From Proteobacteria bacterium CG1_02_64_396 (GTDB lineage Bacteria > Pseudomonadota > MNWR01 > CG1-02-64-396), in assembly GCA_001872725.1 (NCBI GenBank), contig MNWR01000015.1, positions 3,257 through 67,256 on the forward strand: a stretch of DNA of 64,000 nt, given 5' to 3'. A program made the translations under genes and the position numbers. How positions within the stretch are numbered: position 1 is the stretch's first letter; the number at the start of each line of letters is the position of its first letter. Positions 9,885-20,406 of the stretch are shown piece after piece. The notes beneath the pieces were generated by a model that had not been told where the DNA came from, made no database searches, and was given only the letters and a program-made list of their open reading frames with translations.

Positions 9885-11608
9885 TCCCGCTCCAGTCGTC
9901 CCTGACGGCGCAGGTTCAGATGCAGGGTGAGCGCCTCGATGGCGGCCACGGTTACCCCCCGCACTTGGCGGGCATGGGCCATGGTCTCGGGGGCGGCCTG
10001 GCTCAGACGGTGGCGCATCTCAATCGACAGCCCCATCACCTGCCCGAAATCGACCCCTTCCAGGCTGAAGTCATCCATGGCGGCAATACGGTGGCGTTCG
10101 CGTCGTTTGCGGGCGATGTACCCGGCGTATTTGGCCTCGGCCTCCAGGGTGCGTCGGTCGCGCCCGGTCATTGCAGGGTCCCGCAAATCCCCCTTTTCAA
10201 GCCGTTCCAGCCGGGCGGAAAACCATTTTTTTTGGTCGTTTTGGACCAGCCCTAATGCAACCCCTACCGGGGTCAGGCGCAGGTCGGCGTTGTCCTCGCG
10301 CAGACTCAGACGGTGTTCGGCCCGGCTGGTGAAGACCCGGTAGGGCTCGTCGACCCCGTGAAGGGTAAGGTCGCGCACCAGCACCCCGGCATAGCTGCTT
10401 TCGGCTGCAGGCTGCCAGTCCGGTAGGTCGAGTGCCCAGGCTGCCGCGTTGGTCCCCCCCACCAACCCTTGAGCCGCCGCCTCCTCGTAGCCGGTGGTGC
10501 CGTTGATCTGCCCTGCCAAAAAGAGGCCGCCAACCTGGCTTGAGGCCAGCGTCATCTTGAGTTTGCGCGGATCAACGGCGTCGTACTCGATGGCATAGCC
10601 GGGGCGCAGGATGCGCACCTGCTCCAGCGCCGGAATCGAGCGTACCACCTCAAGCTGGGTCGCCAACGATAGTCCGGTCGAGATGCCGTTGGGGTAGATC
10701 TCGGAGCTGTCGTGCCCTTCGGGTTCGAGGAAAACGTGGTGGCGCTCCCGGCCCGCGAAACGGACGACTTTGTCTTCAATTGAGGGGCAGTAGCGCGGCC
10801 CGGTACCGGTGATGGCGCCCCGGTAGACCGCCGATTCTCCCAGGTGGGCGCGGACGATGTCGTGGGTTTCGGGGGTGGTCCAGGTGATGCCGCAATCCAT
10901 GGGGGGGAGCCCCGGCGCGGAGGAGCCCCAATGCAACAGCGACGGGGGTTGATCCCCCGGCTGAGCCTCGACCCGGCTCCAGTCGATGGTGGCGCGGTCG
11001 AGGCGGGGTGGGGTGCCGGTTTTCAAACGAAAGGAGGGGTGGCCGAGCCGCTCCAGGGCGGCGGTGAGCCCCATGGCCGGGGCGTCGCCCAGCCGCCCCC
11101 CCGACATCGTTTGGATGCCGATGTGGATCACCCCACGCAAAAAAGTGCCGCAGGTGACCACGGCGGCGCGGCAGGCGATGCGACCGAAAACCCTGCCGAT
11201 CACGGCGCCGATGCGCCCCCCCTCGGTTTCAAGGTCGACGATTTCGTCCTGGATTTGGCTCAGATTGGGGTGATCGGCCAAAAAGCCTTGAATCCACAGG
11301 CGATAACGGCGCCGATCATTTTGCACTCGTGTCGCCTGCACCGCCGGACCCTTGCGGGTGTTGAGCCGCCGAAAGTGCAGCCCTGTAGCGTCGGCCGCCC
11401 GCGCCATGACCCCTCCCATAGCGTCGATTTCGGCGACCAAATGCCCCTTGCCGATGCCGCCGATGGCGGGGTTGCAGGACATCTGGCCAACGGTGTCGAG
11501 GTTGAGGGAGACCAACAGGGTGCGGGCGCCGCGCCGCGCCGAGGCGGCCGCCGCCTCGACACCGGCGTGGCCGCCACCAATGACGACAACGTCGAAGGAT
11601 TCGCTCAT
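9881..11608 (-). CDS. mnmG: tRNA uridine 5-carboxymethylaminomethyl modification enzyme MnmG (GidA).
   Basis: N-terminal FAD motif [14 protein letters not shown]. Full-length similarity pattern to GidA. Confidence 0.9.
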   Translation of the reverse strand: MSESFDVVVIGGGHAGVEAAAASARRGARTLLVSLNLDTVGQMSCNPAIGGIGKGHLVAEIDAMGGVMARAADATGLHFRRLNTRKGPAVQATRVQNDRRRYRLWIQGFLADHPNLSQIQDEIVDLETEGGRIGAVIGRVFGRIACRAAVVTCGTFLRGVIHIGIQTMSGGRLGDAPAMGLTAALERLGHPSFRLKTGTPPRLDRATIDWSRVEAQPGDQPPSLLHWGSSAPGLPPMDCGITWTTPETHDIVRAHLGESAVYRGAITGTGPRYCPSIEDKVVRFAGRERHHVFLEPEGHDSSEIYPNGISTGLSLATQLEVVRSIPALEQVRILRPGYAIEYDAVDPRKLKMTLASSQVGGLFLAGQINGTTGYEEAAAQGLVGGTNAAAWALDLPDWQPAAESSYAGVLVRDLTLHGVDEPYRVFTSRAEHRLSLREDNADLRLTPVGVALGLVQNDQKKWFSARLERLEKGDLRDPAMTGRDRRTLEAEAKYAGYIARKRRERHRIAAMDDFSLEGVDFGQVMGLSIEMRHRLSQAAPETMAHARQVRGVTVAAIEALTLHLNLRRQGRLERE

Positions 11609-11623
11609 AAAATTATTTCTGTC

Positions 11624-12958
11624 TTAGCCCTCGATGGCGTCGAGCGCATCGAGGGCGATGGAGGTCATGCGGGTCAAGGTCGCCTTGTCGGCCACCAGTG
11701 GGGGCACAAGATAGGCGGCCGAGCCCAAGGGGCGGGCATAGAGCCCCATCTGTTGGCAGGCGGCAGCCCACTGCGGTCCCGCGTCGCCCAAATAAGAGGT
11801 GGTGCCCGGCGGATCGAGATCGAAGGCGATCATCGCCCCCACTTGGCGAGGACGGTGGGCTTTGGGGTGCTGGGCGATGGCGGCCAGCCCTTGGGTCAGG
11901 GTGGGGACGGTCACCTTTTGCACATGGGCCATCACCCGCTCCTCCTCGAAGACCTTCAAGGTTTCAAGGGCGACGGCGGTCCCCAGCGGGTTGCCGTAGA
12001 AGGAGTGGCCGTAATAGAGGGCACGGCCCGAGCCGTGATTCCCCAGGAACCCGGCAAAAACCTCTTCGGTGGCCAGGGTTGCGGCGATGGGGAGCATCCC
12101 ACCTGCGAACCCCTTGCCGGTGGTGAGCAGATCGGGGGCGATCCCGGCGCCGTCGCAGGCCCAGAAGGTGCCGGTGCGGCCATAACCGACAAACACCTCA
12201 TCGGCGATGAGCAAGCAGCCCGCTTTGTCGCAGGCGGCACGCAGGCGGCGCAGGTATTCGGGGGGGTGAACCCACATTCCCACCGCCCCTTGAATCAAGG
12301 GTTCGATCACCACCGCCGCGATGTGCTCGCCGTGTTCGGACAGATGCCGCTCCATCGCTTGGGCCGCCTGCTCCCAGTCGCCGTCCGGCTCGCCGGGGGA
12401 GGGGAGGCGGTCGCAGGTAAAAAGCAGGGGGGCGAAGCGTTGATGGAACACCGCCACCCCACCCAACGATACCGCGCCGATGGTTTCGCCGTGGAAGGAG
12501 CCGGTGAAGGCGACAAAGCGGTTGCGCCGCGGCTGGCCGTTTTGCTGGAAGAACTGAAAGGCGATCTTCAGCGCCACCTCGACGGCGGTGGAGCCGTCGT
12601 CGGAATAGAAGACCCGGTTGAGTTTGCCGGGGGCGATGTCGATCAGCCGTTCGGCCAGTTCGGCGGCGGGGCCATGGGTGGTGTTGCCCGCCATGACGAT
12701 GTGGGGCAACACCCCGGCTTGCCGGGTTAGCGCCGCCACCAAACGGGGGTGGCGGTGCCCCAGGGCGGCAACCCACCAAGAGGCGGTACCGTCGAGCAAG
12801 GTTTGCCCAGCGCTGGTGGTGAAGCTGCACCCCTGTGCCCCGGTTACCACCAGGGGATCGGGACGATCCTGCATCTGGGTGTAGGGGTGCCAGAGGTGGT
12901 TGCGATCAGCCTGAAGAATCGACTCAAAGGCTGGGTTTACCAACGGAAGATCACCCAC
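11624..12958 (-). CDS. bioA: Adenosylmethionine-8-amino-7-oxononanoate aminotransferase (class III aminotransferase).
   Basis: HLWHPYTQM N-terminus and LIADEVFVGYGRTG PLP-lysine region. Confidence 0.85.
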   Translation of the reverse strand: MGDLPLVNPAFESILQADRNHLWHPYTQMQDRPDPLVVTGAQGCSFTTSAGQTLLDGTASWWVAALGHRHPRLVAALTRQAGVLPHIVMAGNTTHGPAAELAERLIDIAPGKLNRVFYSDDGSTAVEVALKIAFQFFQQNGQPRRNRFVAFTGSFHGETIGAVSLGGVAVFHQRFAPLLFTCDRLPSPGEPDGDWEQAAQAMERHLSEHGEHIAAVVIEPLIQGAVGMWVHPPEYLRRLRAACDKAGCLLIADEVFVGYGRTGTFWACDGAGIAPDLLTTGKGFAGGMLPIAATLATEEVFAGFLGNHGSGRALYYGHSFYGNPLGTAVALETLKVFEEERVMAHVQKVTVPTLTQGLAAIAQHPKAHRPRQVGAMIAFDLDPPGTTSYLGDAGPQWAAACQQMGLYARPLGSAAYLVPPLVADKATLTRMTSIALDALDAIEG

Positions 12959-13326
12959 TGCGGCACCGAGATGCGGTTGGGCTCCGAGGCCGGATGGCGC
13001 GGCGCCAGGGTGCCGCCTCCGGTTTCGTCGACGAAGAAGAAGGGGGGGGCGCCGTTCTTGGGGATCACCTCGATCATGTAGGTGGTCCCCTTGACCCGAT
13101 ACTCCCGGACCTCTTGGGTGTTCTCTTTGTAGATGCGCACCTCGGTCTCTTTGCCTTCGATGTCGGGGGAGAGATCATGCATCTCGACGGCAGAGGGTTT
13201 TTGCCCCGACAGATCGGGGAGGCTGGGCTCGGGATCGCTCCCCTGACCCCAGGCGTTTGCGGTAAGTCCCGCCCCGCCGAGAAGCAGGGCCAGCCCCAAT
13301 AGGGTGGTGCGTGCAGTAGGATTCAT
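12937..13326 (-). CDS. Periplasmic DUF2782-like protein.
   Basis: Signal peptide MNPTARTTLLGLALLLGGAGLTANA. Motif EVREYRVKGTTYMIEV is typical of DUF2782. Confidence 0.5.
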   Translation of the reverse strand: MNPTARTTLLGLALLLGGAGLTANAWGQGSDPEPSLPDLSGQKPSAVEMHDLSPDIEGKETEVRIYKENTQEVREYRVKGTTYMIEVIPKNGAPPFFFVDETGGGTLAPRHPASEPNRISVPQWVIFRW

Positions 13327-13640
13327 AGAGAAAAACCCATCAGTTAGAGGGATCAAACTGTAGGAAAACGGGGCGAAAAAGGGTTGCGGACAGGTCGGTC
13401 CCTTAAGGTATGCTTGTCAACCTCGGCTATTTCTTCAACCAACCTGGCCGAGCAGCGACGGAACAATCCCCCTAGGAGCTGGATCGTATCTTGGCCCTTT
13501 CCTGCGGTGTCCTCAACCGAAGGAAAACCGGCTCGAACCACGGTTCGAGAGGGAATGTTGCGGGCGCGGCTTGCCGTGCCGCCTGCTCCTTGGCAGGCTG
13601 GCGTCCATTCTAGATCACTCGTTCGACAGGAGCGCTGCCG

Positions 13641-14186
13641 ATGGCACGGGTCCAAATTTATAAGACCCCCGAAGTCGACCTGAATCAGGTCCGGGAAATC
13701 TTGACGCGCTATATCCCCAGCAAAAGCAACGTGATGGGGGTGCTTCAAGATGTGCAGGCCCATTACGGCTATGTTCCTGAGGAGGCATGCGACCTGATTG
13801 CCAAAACCCTTCGGGTGCCGATGTCCCAGATTTTCGGGGTGCTCACCTTCTACGGTTTTTTCCGTCTCAAGCCCCGCGGTAAATACACCGTCCGGGTTTG
13901 TGTCGGTACCGCCTGCCATGTGAAGGGGGCCGAGATCGTTGGTATGGCCATCCAGCGCGAGGTGGGGTTGAGCAACGGGGAGGACACCACCGACGACGGG
14001 ATGTTCACCTACGAAGAGGTCGCTTGCATCGGCGCCTGTGGGCTTGCGCCGCTGGTGTTGGTCGACGAGGAATCGTTCGCCGAGCTGAATCCCGCTCAGG
14101 TGCCGAGCATGATCAACAAGGTTCGTGACCGGGAGGCCGCCGCGGTGGCGGCGCAGGGCGAGGCCACGGAGGCCGCAGCATCTTAA
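13641..14186 (+). CDS. NuoE-like 2Fe-2S subunit (24-kDa type; FdsG/HoxE-like).
   Basis: Cysteine pattern CVGTACHVKG...CIGACGLAP. Confidence 0.8.
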   Translation: MARVQIYKTPEVDLNQVREILTRYIPSKSNVMGVLQDVQAHYGYVPEEACDLIAKTLRVPMSQIFGVLTFYGFFRLKPRGKYTVRVCVGTACHVKGAEIVGMAIQREVGLSNGEDTTDDGMFTYEEVACIGACGLAPLVLVDEESFAELNPAQVPSMINKVRDREAAAVAAQGEATEAAAS

Positions 14187-14271
14187 GGTTGGAGCCAATC
14201 GGCTTCGACCCGGTGTCCCCCTTTTTACCATAGGGCCCATCGACCGATGGTGCCTCGGAGGATAGATCGCC

Positions 14272-16113
14272 ATGACGACTGAACCCACGACGGCTGCCGG
14301 TAACGCCGCCGGACCTATTCGCTTCGTGATCGGCATGGGCACCTGCGGACTCTCCGCCGGCGCCCAGGAGATCTACGACACGGTTGCCGGACTCATCAAG
14401 GAGGAGGGTCTCGACGCCGTTATCGAAAGCACAGCATGTATTGGTTGTTGCTCCCGCGAACCCTTGATGGATGTGGTGATGCCGGGTATGGCTCGGCTGT
14501 CGTACGAGAAGATGACCCCCAAGAAGGTTAAGCAGATCTTCGACAAACACGTCAAAGAGGGGGAGCCGGTCAAGCGTAGCGTCCTCGGGCAGTTTCCTGC
14601 CGAGGAGGGGCAAAAGCCCTACGAGAAGATTCAGCTGATCGACGAACACCCTTACTACAAACGGCAGACCAAGATCGTCCTGGAGAACGTCGGTCTGATC
14701 GATCCCGAATCGATTGACGATTACATCCGGGTCGGCCAGGGGTATCAGGGGCTACGCAAGGCGCTGGCTCAATCGCCCCAGGATGTGGTCGACATGATTA
14801 AGAAATCGGGGCTGCGCGGTCGCGGGGGCGGGGGCTTCCCCACCGGTTTGAAGTGGCAGTTTTGCCGCGACGCCCAGGGGACCCAGAAATACAACATCGC
14901 CAACGCCGACGAGGGGGATCCGGGCGCCTTTATGGACCGCTCGGTGCTGGAGGGCGACCCCCATGCCATGCTCGAAGGGATGGCCATCGGTGCCTACGCC
15001 ATCGGTGCCAGCGAGGGGTACATCTACATCCGCGCCGAGTACCCGTTGGCGATCAAACGGCTGCAAAAGGCGATTGCCCAAGCCAAGGAGCGAGGCTTCT
15101 TGGGTAAGAACATCCTGGGCAGCGACTTCAACTACGACATCAAGATCAAGAAGGGCTCCGGCGCCTTCGTCTGCGGCGAGGAAACCGCCCTGATCGCCTC
15201 TATTGAGGGCGAGCGTGGCACCCCCCGTCCCCGTCCCCCCTATCCGGCGATCTCCGGTTTGTGGGGCAAACCGACCAACATCAACAACGTCGAAACCTGG
15301 GCTAACGTCCCCAAGATCCTGCGCAAGGGGGCCGAGTGGTATGCCTCCTTCGGGGTGGAGCGCAACACCGGCACCAAGGTTTTCGCGCTGACCGGCGCCC
15401 TGAAGAACACCGGCTTGGCCGAGGTTCCAATGGGGATCACCCTGCGTGAGGTGGTCGAAGAGGTGGGCGGCGGCGTCCCCTACAAGGCCCGCGCCTTCAA
15501 GGGTGCCCAAATGGGCGGCCCCTCGGGGGGAATCATCCCCGCCGATCATGCCGACGTGGCCATCACCTACGAGTCGTTGCTCGAAAAAGGGGCGATGATG
15601 GGCTCCGGCGGGGTGGTAGTGATCGACGAATCGACCTGCGTCGTTGAGCTCGCCCGCTTCTTCATGAAGTTCACCGAAGACGAGTCTTGCGGCCACTGCA
15701 CCCCCTGCCGCGACGGTACCAAGCGAATGCTTGAAATCGTCACGCGCATTGCCGACGGCGAGGGGCGCGAGGGCGACCTTGAGCTGATGGAAAACCTGGG
15801 CGAGGCGATTAAGTCCTCCTCCCAGTGCGGTTTGGGTATGACGGCGCCCAATCCGGTGCTGTCGACCATGCGCTGGTTCCGGCACGAGTACGAAGAGCAC
15901 ATCCACGACAAGACCTGCCGGGCCCACCAATGCTCAAAGCTGCTTAAGTTTTGGGTGATCCCCGATTTGTGTACCTCGTGCTCGATTTGTGCGGTCAATT
16001 GCCCTGACAACGCCATCGAGTGGGAGAAGGGGAAGGTTGCCTTCATCGATCAGGACAAGTGCACGATGTGCCGCAACTGCTACATCGACTGCAAGTTCAT
16101 GGCGATCGAATAA
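14272..16113 (+). CDS. NuoF-like flavoprotein with an N-terminal thioredoxin-like 2Fe-2S domain and a C-terminal 2x[4Fe-4S] ferredoxin domain (FdsB/HoxF/HydB type).
   Basis: FMN/NADH motifs GRGGGGFPTG. 4Fe-4S site ESCGHCTPCRDG. C-terminal CTSCSICAVNCP and CTMCRNCYIDC. Confidence 0.85.
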   Translation: MTTEPTTAAGNAAGPIRFVIGMGTCGLSAGAQEIYDTVAGLIKEEGLDAVIESTACIGCCSREPLMDVVMPGMARLSYEKMTPKKVKQIFDKHVKEGEPVKRSVLGQFPAEEGQKPYEKIQLIDEHPYYKRQTKIVLENVGLIDPESIDDYIRVGQGYQGLRKALAQSPQDVVDMIKKSGLRGRGGGGFPTGLKWQFCRDAQGTQKYNIANADEGDPGAFMDRSVLEGDPHAMLEGMAIGAYAIGASEGYIYIRAEYPLAIKRLQKAIAQAKERGFLGKNILGSDFNYDIKIKKGSGAFVCGEETALIASIEGERGTPRPRPPYPAISGLWGKPTNINNVETWANVPKILRKGAEWYASFGVERNTGTKVFALTGALKNTGLAEVPMGITLREVVEEVGGGVPYKARAFKGAQMGGPSGGIIPADHADVAITYESLLEKGAMMGSGGVVVIDESTCVVELARFFMKFTEDESCGHCTPCRDGTKRMLEIVTRIADGEGREGDLELMENLGEAIKSSSQCGLGMTAPNPVLSTMRWFRHEYEEHIHDKTCRAHQCSKLLKFWVIPDLCTSCSICAVNCPDNAIEWEKGKVAFIDQDKCTMCRNCYIDCKFMAIE

Positions 16114-16191
16114 TCCGGATCGAATCCACGAGTTCTTCTGATCTTCCCGAAGCCGTGGGCCGCCCGGCGGTCCGCCGAGGAGTTTCTGAAT

Positions 16192-18720
16192 ATGTCTGAT
16201 TTGGTGAAAGTCACCATCGATGGCAAGACGGTCGAGGTTCCCCGCGACCACACCATTTTGCAGGCGGCCGAGGTCGCCGGTGTCGACATCCCGACGATGT
16301 GCTTTGATCCTCGTATCAAGCCGTTCGGCGCCTGCCGCATGTGCCTGGTTCAGGTCGAGGGGGGGCGCGGATTGGCGACTGCCTGCACCCACCCGGTGAT
16401 GCCCGACATGGTGGTGACCACCCAGACCGAGCAGATCGCGGCCAACCGCAAGACCCTGCTGGAGCTGCTCCTCACCTACCACCCCTTGGATTGCCCGACC
16501 TGCGACAAGGGGGGTGAGTGCACCCTGCAGAACCTTTCGTTTGCCCACGGCCCGCAGACCTCCCGCCTAGAGGCCCCCAAGCATCATTACACCGTCGACG
16601 ACCGCTCGCCCCTGATTCAGATCGACAACAACCTCTGCGTACTCTGCGAAAAATGCGTGCGCATGTGCGACGAGGTGATCGATGTGGCGGCGCTGGCGAT
16701 GTCGTATCGCGGCTATCACACCAAGGTGGTCCCGAGCTTCGGCAAGGTGCTCGACTGCGAGTACTGCGGCGCCTGCGTCTCGGTCTGTCCGGTCGGCGCC
16801 TTGGGCGACAAGCTCTACAAGTACCGCTCCCGCCCCTGGGATCAGGCGAAGAAAGAGTCGATCTGCACTTACTGCGGCGTCGGTTGCCACTTGAAGTACG
16901 GGGTCGCCAACGACGAGGTGTTGCGGGTGACCACCTCCCCCGATCTGGGTCACAACCAGGGGTTGCTCTGCACCCGTGGGAGCTACGGTTGGGGCTACAT
17001 CGAATCGGAACAGCGGATCCGTCAGCCCCTCATCAAGAAAAACGGCACGTTCCAAACCGCGACCTGGTCCGAGGCGCTCGATTGGGTGGCCGAGAAGCTT
17101 CAGCGGGTTAAGTCGGATCATGGGGCCAATGCCGTGGCAGCGGTGGGCAGCGGCGGCATGACGATGGAAGAGGCCTTCCTGCTGCGCAAAGCAGTGCGGG
17201 AGGGGCTCGGTTCGGCGCACCTTGATTGCATCGGCGGCAGCCAAAGCGCTGCCGCACTCGATGGCATCGAGGCGGTGATCGGGGTGCGCAGCAACGCTAC
17301 GATCCGTGGCGCCGCCGCCATCGAGCAGGCCGATTTGGTCTTCATCGCCCGCGCCGTGATCTCCGAAACCCAGCCGGTCGCCGGTTATGTGGTCTCCCAC
17401 CTGGTTCACCGCAACGAGGGTAGCAACCTGGTGTTGGTCGATGGTCGGGAAGAGAAATTTTCCCGTTACTCCACCCCCCATGCCCGGGTCCGTCCCGGCA
17501 CCGAAACGGCCTTTGTTTACGGGGTTATCAACGCCCTGATTCAGGGAGGCTTGGTCGATTGTGAGGCGGCGGCGGAGCGTGGAGAGGGCTTTGAGGCGCT
17601 GGCCGGATCGGTTGCCCGTTTCACGCCCGAGCATGTTGCTCAGGTTTGCGGCATCCCCGCCGAACAGGTGGGTGAGGCGGCGGCCAAGGTGGCCGGTGCG
17701 AACAACGCAGTCTTCATCACCGCCGTTGAATCGGCGGTGGGTGGGCAGAATCGCGAAATCGCCGAGGCGCTGGCGCTGCTGGCGTTGGTTAGCGGCCATT
17801 TCAAAGAGGGATCCGGTCTTCTGGTGATGCAGGAGCGGGCCAATTCGGTCGGAGTGCTCGCTGCCGGTCTGCGTCCTGCTGTAGAGGGTCTCGACGCTGC
17901 GGGCATCGCTGCTCATCTGGGGAGCCAAATCAAGGGGCTGTTGGTGGTCGGGGAAGACCTGACCGTGACCTTACCGGCAGGCGGCAAGGTGGCGGCGGCC
18001 CTGAACGATCTTGACTTCTTGGTTGTGTGCGATCACTTCATGACGGCGACCGCCCAGGCAGCCGACGTGGTGTTGCCTCTGGCTTCGACCGCTGAGAGCG
18101 ATGGCACCTTCATCAATCAAGGCGGTTTGGTGCAGTCGTTCCAAGCGGCGATCAGCCCCAAAGAGGCGGCCAAACCGGGTTGGCAAATCCTTTACAACCT
18201 GGCCCGCCGCCTGGGTGGGATTGGCGAGATTGGCGGCTTTGCCGAGCTGCAATCCCAGGTTAAGGCTGCGGTTCCCGCCATGGCGGGGCGTGCCACCAAC
18301 CTCTTTGCCGAAGCGGCCCCCAAGGGCAGCTATCGGGCGGTTGCATTCGACGCGGCCCCCCCCTCTTCCGGGCTGGTGCTAACCACCGGATCGATCCGTC
18401 AACACAACGGCACGTTGTCGACCCATGCCGAGGGGCCGATGCGGCTGGTCAGGCACGGTTTTGTCGAGGTGCATCCCGACGATGCTCTGCGCCTTGAGCT
18501 CGACAACGGCGACCGCATCCAGGTGCGCACCACCCACGGCGTGTTTGAGGCTGAGGTTGAGGTGAATGATCGCGGTGTGGCCGGGTACCTGTTTGTCCCC
18601 CGCCACTTTGTCGACACCCCGGTCTTGCAGGCGATGCCTGCCGACGGCAGCCTGCCCGCCGCCGAGTTGGTGGTGGTGGCCCGTGCCCAGAGCGCTGAGC
18701 CGGTCGCCGTCGATGCCTGA
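16192..18720 (+). CDS. NuoG-like / formate-dehydrogenase-alpha-like molybdopterin oxidoreductase catalytic subunit.
   Basis: N-terminal 2Fe-2S (CRMCLVQVEGG) and 4Fe-4S clusters. CTYCGVGCH molybdopterin-oxidoreductase Fe4S4 motif, followed by a large molybdopterin-binding domain. Confidence 0.8.
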   Translation: MSDLVKVTIDGKTVEVPRDHTILQAAEVAGVDIPTMCFDPRIKPFGACRMCLVQVEGGRGLATACTHPVMPDMVVTTQTEQIAANRKTLLELLLTYHPLDCPTCDKGGECTLQNLSFAHGPQTSRLEAPKHHYTVDDRSPLIQIDNNLCVLCEKCVRMCDEVIDVAALAMSYRGYHTKVVPSFGKVLDCEYCGACVSVCPVGALGDKLYKYRSRPWDQAKKESICTYCGVGCHLKYGVANDEVLRVTTSPDLGHNQGLLCTRGSYGWGYIESEQRIRQPLIKKNGTFQTATWSEALDWVAEKLQRVKSDHGANAVAAVGSGGMTMEEAFLLRKAVREGLGSAHLDCIGGSQSAAALDGIEAVIGVRSNATIRGAAAIEQADLVFIARAVISETQPVAGYVVSHLVHRNEGSNLVLVDGREEKFSRYSTPHARVRPGTETAFVYGVINALIQGGLVDCEAAAERGEGFEALAGSVARFTPEHVAQVCGIPAEQVGEAAAKVAGANNAVFITAVESAVGGQNREIAEALALLALVSGHFKEGSGLLVMQERANSVGVLAAGLRPAVEGLDAAGIAAHLGSQIKGLLVVGEDLTVTLPAGGKVAAALNDLDFLVVCDHFMTATAQAADVVLPLASTAESDGTFINQGGLVQSFQAAISPKEAAKPGWQILYNLARRLGGIGEIGGFAELQSQVKAAVPAMAGRATNLFAEAAPKGSYRAVAFDAAPPSSGLVLTTGSIRQHNGTLSTHAEGPMRLVRHGFVEVHPDDALRLELDNGDRIQVRTTHGVFEAEVEVNDRGVAGYLFVPRHFVDTPVLQAMPADGSLPAAELVVVARAQSAEPVAVDA

Positions 18721-19105
18721 AGAGGGGGCGCGGCAACGGCAGATTGCCGAAAGTTTGATCGGCAAGGGGTGGCGCAGGCTCGAACACAACCGCTCCGGCG
18801 AGCTGCTGATGCTCAAGGACGACGAAATCCGCTGGTGGAAGGTGCGCGACGAGGCGACCGGACGCTGGGAGGTCGAGGCGGCCATGCAGCTCGACTCGGT
18901 GTTGCTCGCCAAGAAGTGGGAGGAGGGGCGTTACCGCCTGCCCCCCACCATCAACCATCCACTCGGTTTGTTCGTCGACGCCGCCATGATGGCCAACATC
19001 CGCCGCCAACTTGACCGCCCCGCCCTCGACAGGGGCGCCGAACAGGTCGCCCCCTTCGATCCCGGCATCCCCCTGTGTATTCCGATTGTTCCTGCCAAAG
19101 ATTGA
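18713..19105 (+). CDS. Hypothetical 130-aa protein, translationally coupled to the preceding gene.
   Basis: ATG overlaps the upstream TGA. No recognisable motifs. Possibly an accessory subunit. Confidence 0.45.
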   Translation: MPEEGARQRQIAESLIGKGWRRLEHNRSGELLMLKDDEIRWWKVRDEATGRWEVEAAMQLDSVLLAKKWEEGRYRLPPTINHPLGLFVDAAMMANIRRQLDRPALDRGAEQVAPFDPGIPLCIPIVPAKD

Positions 19106-19106
19106 C

Positions 19107-19130
19107 CCCTCCCCGGAGGGGCTCGATTTT
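19107..19130 (+). terminator. Weak candidate intrinsic terminator after the NuoEFG-like operon.
   Basis: CCCCTC-CCCG-GAGGGG hairpin followed 4 nt later by TTTT. Confidence 0.3.
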
Positions 19131-19156
19131 CAGCCCGATACCCAAGAGAAACCGAC

Positions 19157-19372
19157 ATGATTAAGGCCACCGTCACCAGCTACGACGTCAAAAAGGGTTT
19201 TGGTTACGCAAGCGACGATCAAGGCAGGGCGATCTTCGTCCACTACTCGGCCATTGAACGTGGCGAGGGTGAGGAGGGGGATGTGACGCTGGAGGAGGGG
19301 CAGACTCTTCAGATTGAGGTGAAGGACAACAACCTCAAGATGCCGGTGGCGTTAAAAGCCAAGCTTACCTAA
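19157..19372 (+). CDS. Cold-shock-domain protein.
   Basis: 71 aa. KGFGYASDDQGRAIFVHYSAI resembles the RNP1/RNP2 motifs of the CspA family. Confidence 0.7.
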   Translation: MIKATVTSYDVKKGFGYASDDQGRAIFVHYSAIERGEGEEGDVTLEEGQTLQIEVKDNNLKMPVALKAKLT

Positions 19373-19465
19373 GCAGTACCCTCATCGTGATTGGTGGCAC
19401 TGCGCCATTGGGGGCATAGCCCTCACCGTGTGCAACCCATCCACCCCACCAGGGGACAGCCCTCC

Positions 19466-20371
19466 ATGAGCTTTCTGATTCAATCGCGTTCGCTGCTTTT
19501 GCAGCCGGTGAGTACCGCCAAGGAGTCGCGGTTCACCGAGCGGCTCAAGCGGTGCCCGCTGTTGATTTCCCTGCCCCGAGAGGAATGGCGGGACTGGTTG
19601 GCGGGCTGCAAATTGCAGATTTTGCGCGACGACGAACCGCTATGGGAGGAGGGCTCCCTGGGTCGTTCGGTCATGGTGCTACTCGACGGCGAGGTCTCGG
19701 TGGAATACCAGGGAACGGTCTTGGGCCACCTCAAGGCGGGCGCCATGCTGGGGCTCAATGCCACCCTGGGGCGCTGGCGGCGCGAATCGGGGATTCGGGC
19801 CCACGCCGGCGACGCCCTTGTCCTTGAAATCCCCTGGTCGCTGACCAAATCGACGCTCAAACGCAATCCCGGCATCACCGGCGCCTTGCAGGTGATCGGG
19901 CGTAGTTTCGAAGCGCTCAAACTGCTGGCGGGTCATCCCCTGTTGCAACATCTCGACGAAGATTCCCGAGGCAAGGTCGCCGCTGCGGCGCAGTGGCTTG
20001 ATATGCCCCCCGGTCACATCTTTATCCGCCAGGGTGCCCATGACCGTGACGCCTACATCGTGGTCTCGGGATCGGTCGAGGTGGTCCGGCACGAGGGGCC
20101 GCGTGACATCGTGTTGGCTCAACTTGGCCACGGCAAGGTGATTGGCGAGCTGGCTCTGCTCGATGGCCGTCCCCGTACCGCCTCGGTCCGCACCGTCGAG
20201 CCGACCCGCTTACTCCACCTTCCGGCCAACGCGTTTGAGGATGCTGTCGAATCGCCCACCGCCTTTCGCGAATCACTGCGGCGTTGGCGCCGCAAGTTGG
20301 GGATGCACACGGTCCAGGATTGGATGGTGACGGGGGCAGCGACCGCCGAGAGCATCCCGGCCAAAGGTTGA
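19466..20371 (+). CDS. Protein with tandem cyclic-nucleotide-binding (CAP-effector) domains and no obvious output domain.
   Basis: GELALLDGRPRTASVRTVEPTRLLHL is a typical cNMP-binding signature. Start chosen at MSFLIQ. Confidence 0.7.
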   Translation: MSFLIQSRSLLLQPVSTAKESRFTERLKRCPLLISLPREEWRDWLAGCKLQILRDDEPLWEEGSLGRSVMVLLDGEVSVEYQGTVLGHLKAGAMLGLNATLGRWRRESGIRAHAGDALVLEIPWSLTKSTLKRNPGITGALQVIGRSFEALKLLAGHPLLQHLDEDSRGKVAAAAQWLDMPPGHIFIRQGAHDRDAYIVVSGSVEVVRHEGPRDIVLAQLGHGKVIGELALLDGRPRTASVRTVEPTRLLHLPANAFEDAVESPTAFRESLRRWRRKLGMHTVQDWMVTGAATAESIPAKG

Positions 20372-20406
20372 ATCCCCTCGGTTTGCATCCCCCCCTGGAA
20401 ACCCCG

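Noticed and set aside
10844-12730. 628-aa plus-strand ORF.
   Set aside because: Antisense to mnmG and bioA, which carry strong family motifs. The translation is low-complexity.
13353-14342. 329-aa minus-strand ORF.
   Set aside because: Overlaps the promoter region and is antisense to the NuoE-like gene. No supporting motifs.
14752-17928. Long minus-strand ORFs (392 and 453 aa).
   Set aside because: Antisense to the NuoF-like and NuoG-like genes, which have unmistakable Fe-S and flavin motifs.
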